This document shows positions 26,311 to 30,000 of a stretch of DNA of 30,000 bases, one piece after another; position 1 is the stretch's first letter, and each line of letters opens with the position of its first letter. The notes under the pieces were generated by a model. That model did no database searches, was not told the DNA's origin, and was given only the letters and a program-made list of their open reading frames with translations. Origin of the DNA: Burkholderiales bacterium GWF1_66_17 (GTDB lineage Bacteria; Pseudomonadota; Gammaproteobacteria; Burkholderiales; Burkholderiaceae_C); assembly GCA_001770705.1 (NCBI GenBank), contig MERT01000002.1:333225-363224 (forward strand), given 5' to 3'. The position numbers were made by a program, and so were the translations under genes.

Positions 26311-27090
26311 TCAATGCCCTTCCTGTGATCCGAGTGCCGCCTCGGCGCTGCCCATATAGGCCTCAATCACAAGCGGGTCGGCGGACACCTCGGCATAGGT
26401 TCCTTGTGCGAGCACACTGCCACGTGCCAGCACCGTGATGGCATCGCTGATCCCGGACACCACCTTCATGTTGTGTTCAACCATGAGAATGGTTCGGTTG
26501 ACAGCGACCTTCTTGATCAACTGCATCACGCGTTCGACGTCCTCATGTCCCATGCCCTGGGTCGGCTCGTCCAACAGCATCAGTTCAGGATCCAACGCAA
26601 GCGTGGTCGCGATTTCCAGTGCTCGTTTGCGCCCATAAGGCATTTCCGCAGTGACCATGTCAGAAAAGCCTGCCAAGCCAACGTGACCCAACAGTTCCAT
26701 CGCACGGTCGTTCAGCGTATCCAGGATGACCGGGGAGCGCCAGAAGTGATAGGAGACGCCGAGTTTTCGCTGAAGGGCGATGCGCACGTTCTCCATCACC
26801 GTGAGATGTGGGAACACCGCGGATATCTGAAACGAGCGAATAACCCCACGCCGAGCAATCTGAGCGGGCTCTTCCCGTGTGATCTCGAAACCGTTGAAAT
26901 GAATACTTCCGCGGGTGGGCGATAGGAACTTGGTCAGGAGATTGAAGCAAGTGGTCTTGCCCGCTCCATTGGGACCGATAAGCGCATGAATGTGGCCTCG
27001 CTGAATGCCGAGGTTGACGTCGTTGACGGCAACGAAGCCTTTGAACTCTTTTGTGAGTCCAGAGGTCTTGAGTATGAAATCCTGTGTCAT
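26311..27090 (-). CDS. ABC ATP-binding protein (LivG-like)
   Basis: Walker A GPNGAGKTT, and LMLLDEPTQGM. I trimmed it to MTQDFILKTSGLTKEF... (ATG at 27090); the 38-aa upstream extension lies in AT-rich promoter-like sequence. Confidence 0.9.
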   Translation of the reverse strand: MTQDFILKTSGLTKEFKGFVAVNDVNLGIQRGHIHALIGPNGAGKTTCFNLLTKFLSPTRGSIHFNGFEITREEPAQIARRGVIRSFQISAVFPHLTVMENVRIALQRKLGVSYHFWRSPVILDTLNDRAMELLGHVGLAGFSDMVTAEMPYGRKRALEIATTLALDPELMLLDEPTQGMGHEDVERVMQLIKKVAVNRTILMVEHNMKVVSGISDAITVLARGSVLAQGTYAEVSADPLVIEAYMGSAEAALGSQEGH

Positions 27091-27771
27091 GGTCCGAGCG
27101 ATGTCTCCGCTTGTTATGGGCGAGAGATTAGGACCCCAGACAAGATACGTCAAATATCTTATTTGTCTAGTGTTGAGACGTTTTACGAATAACTTTGATG
27201 TCAAAACAGCGGCATCTACTGTGTCAGCCAGGCCCTATGCCAAGTCGGTAAGGATCACGCGATTTATGTAGCTCGCTGCGCTATCCAACAGTGGTTGTTT
27301 GACGTTGCTCGAATAGCTCAGAATTTACGGCTTGACGACCCGGAACTAGTACTGGTACCCGTGTAGATAGAGAGTCGAACGCGAGGTCGAGCGAAGTCAC
27401 CCTGGGCAACCCGGCGTGCAGAGTCCCGTTGTCCAGCGACAAGAGGCCATGGAGTTCTGTCTTCACGGTCGCTGGTTGATTCGGATCAACGGCGGCTTTC
27501 GGGTTGCTTTTTGGTAAGGTTGGTCAATCGGCAGTTCAGGGTCGGGCACAACCGCTTACTTCGGGCACGACGAGTCGTTCTCGAAGCGCGGCCAGGCTGG
27601 CCTGAGTTAAGTGGCCGGTGCAGTTGAAGCGGTCGTTCGGACCTTCCATCCTCGTATGACAGGTAGCCGCGGCGGCCAACATTCAGGCGTGCCAGGTCAC
27701 CGGCAGCATCCAGCCTGAAGCTGATGTCGATGTGGCAGCGGCCGGAGTGCAGCGAGTGCCGTCCCCCGACA

Positions 27772-27829
27772 GCCACCTGATTGTTTAGTTGCCACCTCAT
27801 TGTTAAAGTTGCAACTTCATGAACAATGC
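27772..27829. repeat. About 2.5 tandem copies of a 19-20-nt unit running into the start codon of the 367-aa gene, with an embedded palindrome
   Basis: Units are GCCACCTGATTGTTTAGTT (27772..27790), GCCACCTCATTGTTAAAGTT (27791..27810) and GCAACTTCATGAACAATGC (27811..27829, degenerate). The palindrome GTTGCAAC is at 27808..27815. The inverted pair CATTGTT (27798..27804) and AACAATG (27822..27828) brackets the ATG at 27819. Confidence 0.55.
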
Positions 27830-28922
27830 ACTTCAAAAACCAAAGGCGCTAGATACAAAAGCGGATGGCTGTTGGAAGGGCCCCAAAGGCCACATACATG
27901 TTGAAGTCAAGAAAACTAACAGCGTGCGCGACGTTCGCGGTGCCCTGCTGACGCTCGCTTACCTCATCGGACAAGAGCCCTCGAAGAACCAGGCCGTGTG
28001 CGTTGTCGTTGAAACGCGGCTCTCATCCGGGAGACTGGAAGAGGAACTGGTGCGTTTTCGGCAAGTGATCCACCCAGCCATCGCGAATCGCATTCACTTC
28101 CTGCTCGGCAAGGGCGAGGCGCAGGGACACCACGTGAACGCGTTCGGCGGTTCGATGGAGAACGCGCCAACCGGGTTCTATGACTGGTTGGAAGAACTGG
28201 TTGCCAAGAAGCTCCAGGATGTTTACGCCCACCAACTCCCCCCACGGCAGATCGTCGTTGCAGCCCTGGTCCAGTTGCGTCTTTGGAATGCCTCCCCGGT
28301 GACGGTCAAATACCTGCAGGAGACCTGCCGAGTGAGCTATCCAACCGTGGCGGCAGTGCTCAAGGAGCTTGCAGAGCTGGGATGGTTGGAAGACTCGGGT
28401 GAGCGGGGTGTCCGGCTGCGCAATCTGATCTCAGGGGAATGGATGGAGCTGGCCCGTGAACATGCCCGGCAGCGCAAGGTACACCTGTTCACAGATCCAA
28501 CCGGCCAGAACACACCCGAAAAGATGGTCAAGCGCCTTGCCCGCCTTCAAGATACCGACAAACTTCCGCAAACCGTTCGCATCGGCGGTGTCATCGGCGC
28601 CTCTGAATATTTTCCAGAGCTTGACATCACGGCGGCGCCCCGCCTGGACCTGTGCGTCGACAGAGACCCCTCTCGTATAGCGAAGATCCTGGACGCGGGG
28701 TTGATCCACAAGGCCAAGCCTGATCAACGCATTGCCGTGGCCGTCCATGTCACCAGCGCTCCCTTGGACGCCACCCGCTGGAAATCGAAGCCGACCAGGC
28801 CCTGGGCCAGCGAGCTTGAGTGCCTCGCCGATCTCGTAGAAATGGGATACACGCGTGAAGCATCCGAGATGGCCATCCACATCACGGCAACCAACAAGGA
28901 AAAAAGCACGCCAAATGAGTGA
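27819..28922 (+). CDS. Hypothetical protein with a central winged-helix DNA-binding domain, an AbiEi-antitoxin-like C-terminal region and a possible PD-(D/E)xK-like N-terminus
   Basis: 367-aa ORF with balanced composition. wHTH-like segment: VTVKYLQETCRVSYPTVAAVLKELAELGWLEDSGERGVRL. C-terminal pattern IGGVIGASEYFPELDITAAPRLDLCV...WASELECLADLVEMG resembles AbiEi-family C-terminal domains, from recalled knowledge. N-terminus ADGCWKGPKGHIHVEVKK fits D-x(n)-E-x-K. There is no obvious Shine-Dalgarno sequence. Confidence 0.6.
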   Translation: MNNALQKPKALDTKADGCWKGPKGHIHVEVKKTNSVRDVRGALLTLAYLIGQEPSKNQAVCVVVETRLSSGRLEEELVRFRQVIHPAIANRIHFLLGKGEAQGHHVNAFGGSMENAPTGFYDWLEELVAKKLQDVYAHQLPPRQIVVAALVQLRLWNASPVTVKYLQETCRVSYPTVAAVLKELAELGWLEDSGERGVRLRNLISGEWMELAREHARQRKVHLFTDPTGQNTPEKMVKRLARLQDTDKLPQTVRIGGVIGASEYFPELDITAAPRLDLCVDRDPSRIAKILDAGLIHKAKPDQRIAVAVHVTSAPLDATRWKSKPTRPWASELECLADLVEMGYTREASEMAIHITATNKEKSTPNE

Positions 28923-29128
28923 CCTCTGATCAGATGGAATGGAAGTCCAAAACTGCAGCAGTCGTTCCGGCCATAGACTGTCCCTGTCCCTGGTTGCAAC
29001 TGTGTGGCTAGGCACTTACCCCCTCGGGTCCAAGTGCACATCGATCACCGAACCGTCGCTCCACCAAGACCCGAAGGTTTTCTTGGCATGTTGCCAATCG
29101 GCTCCGCCGACTTGAACTGCGGTTCCCG

Positions 29129-29377
29129 TTACGCGCCCATCACCCAAACAACGATCTGGACGGTCACTAAAAGAAGCAGCAGTTGAACGAGGCGCACCAA
29201 ATGTTTTGAGTTGTTCTCCAGTTTCTTCTGCAAGGCTTGCACTTGCCGACGCGACTGGCGGTCCAACGGACCGAGCTCTTCGCGCCCGGCGCGCTGCCGA
29301 CTTCTTGTGAGTGGCTTGGTGTTGGGCAAATAGTTGGTCTGGATGGGTGATGTTGGTTCAGATGGTGTGTTTGTCAT
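29129..29377 (-). CDS. Hypothetical small protein with a C-terminal transmembrane helix (tail-anchored)
   Basis: 82 aa. It has a polar/basic N-terminal half, then LVRLVQLLLLLVTVQIVVWVMGA. Its ATG forms an ATGA overlap with the upstream ORF's stop codon (29374..29377). Confidence 0.4.
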   Translation of the reverse strand: MTNTPSEPTSPIQTNYLPNTKPLTRSRQRAGREELGPLDRQSRRQVQALQKKLENNSKHLVRLVQLLLLLVTVQIVVWVMGA

Positions 29378-29679
29378 AGGTGAGTCCTTAGAGCAATGAC
29401 TGCACGCGATGCCCTGTCGGCAGGACGTCTCTGTGGATCTACCAGGTTTGGCGGTGTGGCGCAGCAGCCAAGACAGTGCAGGTTTTCTCGCATGGGCTCG
29501 ACGCTATAAGGATGCAATCGCAGCGGCTCGGTTCCGCTGGGGAAGCGAGCGATGTTCGGTTGCAGCGGGGCCGACATGTTGGCGAGCTTGGCCATGTCAC
29601 GGCGTCTTTCAACATAGGGGCTGAGACGCCGTGGGCGGAATTTGGGGCGAGGTTGAATGGGTGCAGATGGGGTTTGCAT
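29374..29679 (-). CDS. Hypothetical protein (Pro/Arg-rich, no recognisable domain)
   Basis: 101-aa ORF whose stop overlaps the next start (ATGA). A competing 179-aa ORF in another frame (29439..29978) is Ser/Arg-rich and looks less protein-like. Confidence 0.3.
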   Translation of the reverse strand: MQTPSAPIQPRPKFRPRRLSPYVERRRDMAKLANMSAPLQPNIARFPSGTEPLRLHPYSVEPMRENLHCLGCCATPPNLVDPQRRPADRASRAVIALRTHL

Positions 29680-29736
29680 GCTGGAATCCTTGAGCGTGAA
29701 ACGGGCGATTGCTGTGGGTCGAGTGATGAAGAAGCG

Positions 29737-30000
29737 TCAACGGGAGACAACCCCTTCGTTGCCCTTGTCAGCTTCAACGGGCGCCTGCCCCTCGCCGCCC
29801 TCCTCTGCGTCGGGAGACTCGAGGTAGAACGGCGTGAGCTCAAAGTCGTACGCGTCGGTTTCCGTGCTGAAGCACAGGCGAATGTTTGTGGTCTGCAACG
29901 CGTTGCGAAATCGATCCTTGAATTGCGGGTCGCCGGTGATCGCCTTGTCTGCATCGAGAAAGACCACGCAAATGCCATTGCACTGGTGCAGCTGCACAGT
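29737..30000 (-). CDS. Hypothetical protein, C-terminal part only (frame is open to the window end); acidic tail
   Basis: The frame stays open through 29998..30000, so the track's M is just the first GTG from the edge. The sequence ...VVFLDADKAITGDPQFKDRFRNALQTTNIRLCFSTETDAYDFELTPFYLESPDAEEGGEG... has a balanced, protein-like composition. Confidence 0.4.
   Translation of the reverse strand, partial: TVQLHQCNGICVVFLDADKAITGDPQFKDRFRNALQTTNIRLCFSTETDAYDFELTPFYLESPDAEEGGEGQAPVEADKGNEGVVSR

Noticed and set aside
27307-27393. tRNA-like fragment: TAGCTCAG at the D-arm position, with a 6-of-7 acceptor-stem pairing (GCTCGAA ... GTCGAGC) about 87 nt apart.
   Set aside because: There is no T-arm (GAGAG/TCGAACG/CGAGG cannot pair), no G18G19 in the D-loop, at best a 3-bp D-stem, and no CCA. 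This is most likely chance, or at best a badly decayed remnant.
27486-27836. The 116-aa minus-strand ORF overlapping the start of the 367-aa gene, and the adjacent 61-aa ORF at 27281..27466, as a possible split pseudogene.
   Set aside because: The composition is very Arg-rich, I recognise no motif, the two ORFs are in different frames, and the first overlaps the better-supported plus-strand gene antisense. It is kept only as part of the non-coding gap finding.
27819-28922. Calling a type IV AbiE toxin-antitoxin system.
   Set aside because: Only an AbiEi-like protein is present. No AbiEii/nucleotidyltransferase ORF follows on the plus strand, because the next genes are convergent, so a canonical AbiE pair cannot be claimed.
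1-30000. CRISPR arrays, rRNA/tRNA genes, IS elements, integrases, and long direct or inverted repeats between distant parts of the window.
   Set aside because: None was recognised on reading either strand. The only repeats found are the short intergenic ones reported above. A computational repeat or covariance-model scan would be needed to be definitive.

Overview
GC-rich, gene-dense segment that looks like a Burkholderiales or Comamonadaceae chromosome; this placement is inferred from the porin type and gene content. I recognised no rRNA, tRNA, CRISPR array, IS element, transposase or integrase. There are five blocks. (1) A nine-gene minus-strand operon (9170 down to 1) encodes what looks like a complete phthalate 4,5-dioxygenase-type pathway: a Rieske oxygenase, a PDR-type reductase, a Gfo/Idh/MocA dehydrogenase, and an edge-truncated dihydroxyphthalate-decarboxylase-like gene that is missing from the ORF track. 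It also carries three less expected parts: a class II aldolase/adducin protein overlapping the oxygenase, an Fbp/Pot-architecture ABC importer, and an internal MarR regulator. (2) A divergent porin gene sits across an AT-rich intergenic region containing a perfect palindrome and direct repeats. (3) An eight-gene minus-strand operon (19527 down to 10568) is divergent from a LysR gene. It encodes a GH88-like (alpha/alpha)6 protein, a MaoC dehydratase, a Pct/YdiF-type CoA-transferase, an Fe-alcohol dehydrogenase, an acyl-CoA dehydrogenase, a DmdB/AAE-type acyl-CoA ligase and EtfBA. I cannot assign it a known pathway. (4) A KGSADH-type aldehyde dehydrogenase lies downstream of a Liv-type ABC transporter (26311..27090 down to 20610). 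(5) After about 730 nt without convincing coding sequence comes a compositionally different tail (27.8-30 kb). It has an orphan 367-aa protein (possible nuclease-like N-terminus, wHTH, AbiEi-like C-terminus) preceded by iteron-like repeats, and three small convergent ORFs of unknown function. The best candidates for something undescribed are the GH88-led CoA operon, the extra aldolase-fold enzyme and ABC importer in the phthalate operon, and the orphan wHTH gene. All functional calls rest on motif recognition by eye and on recalled family features; no searches were run.
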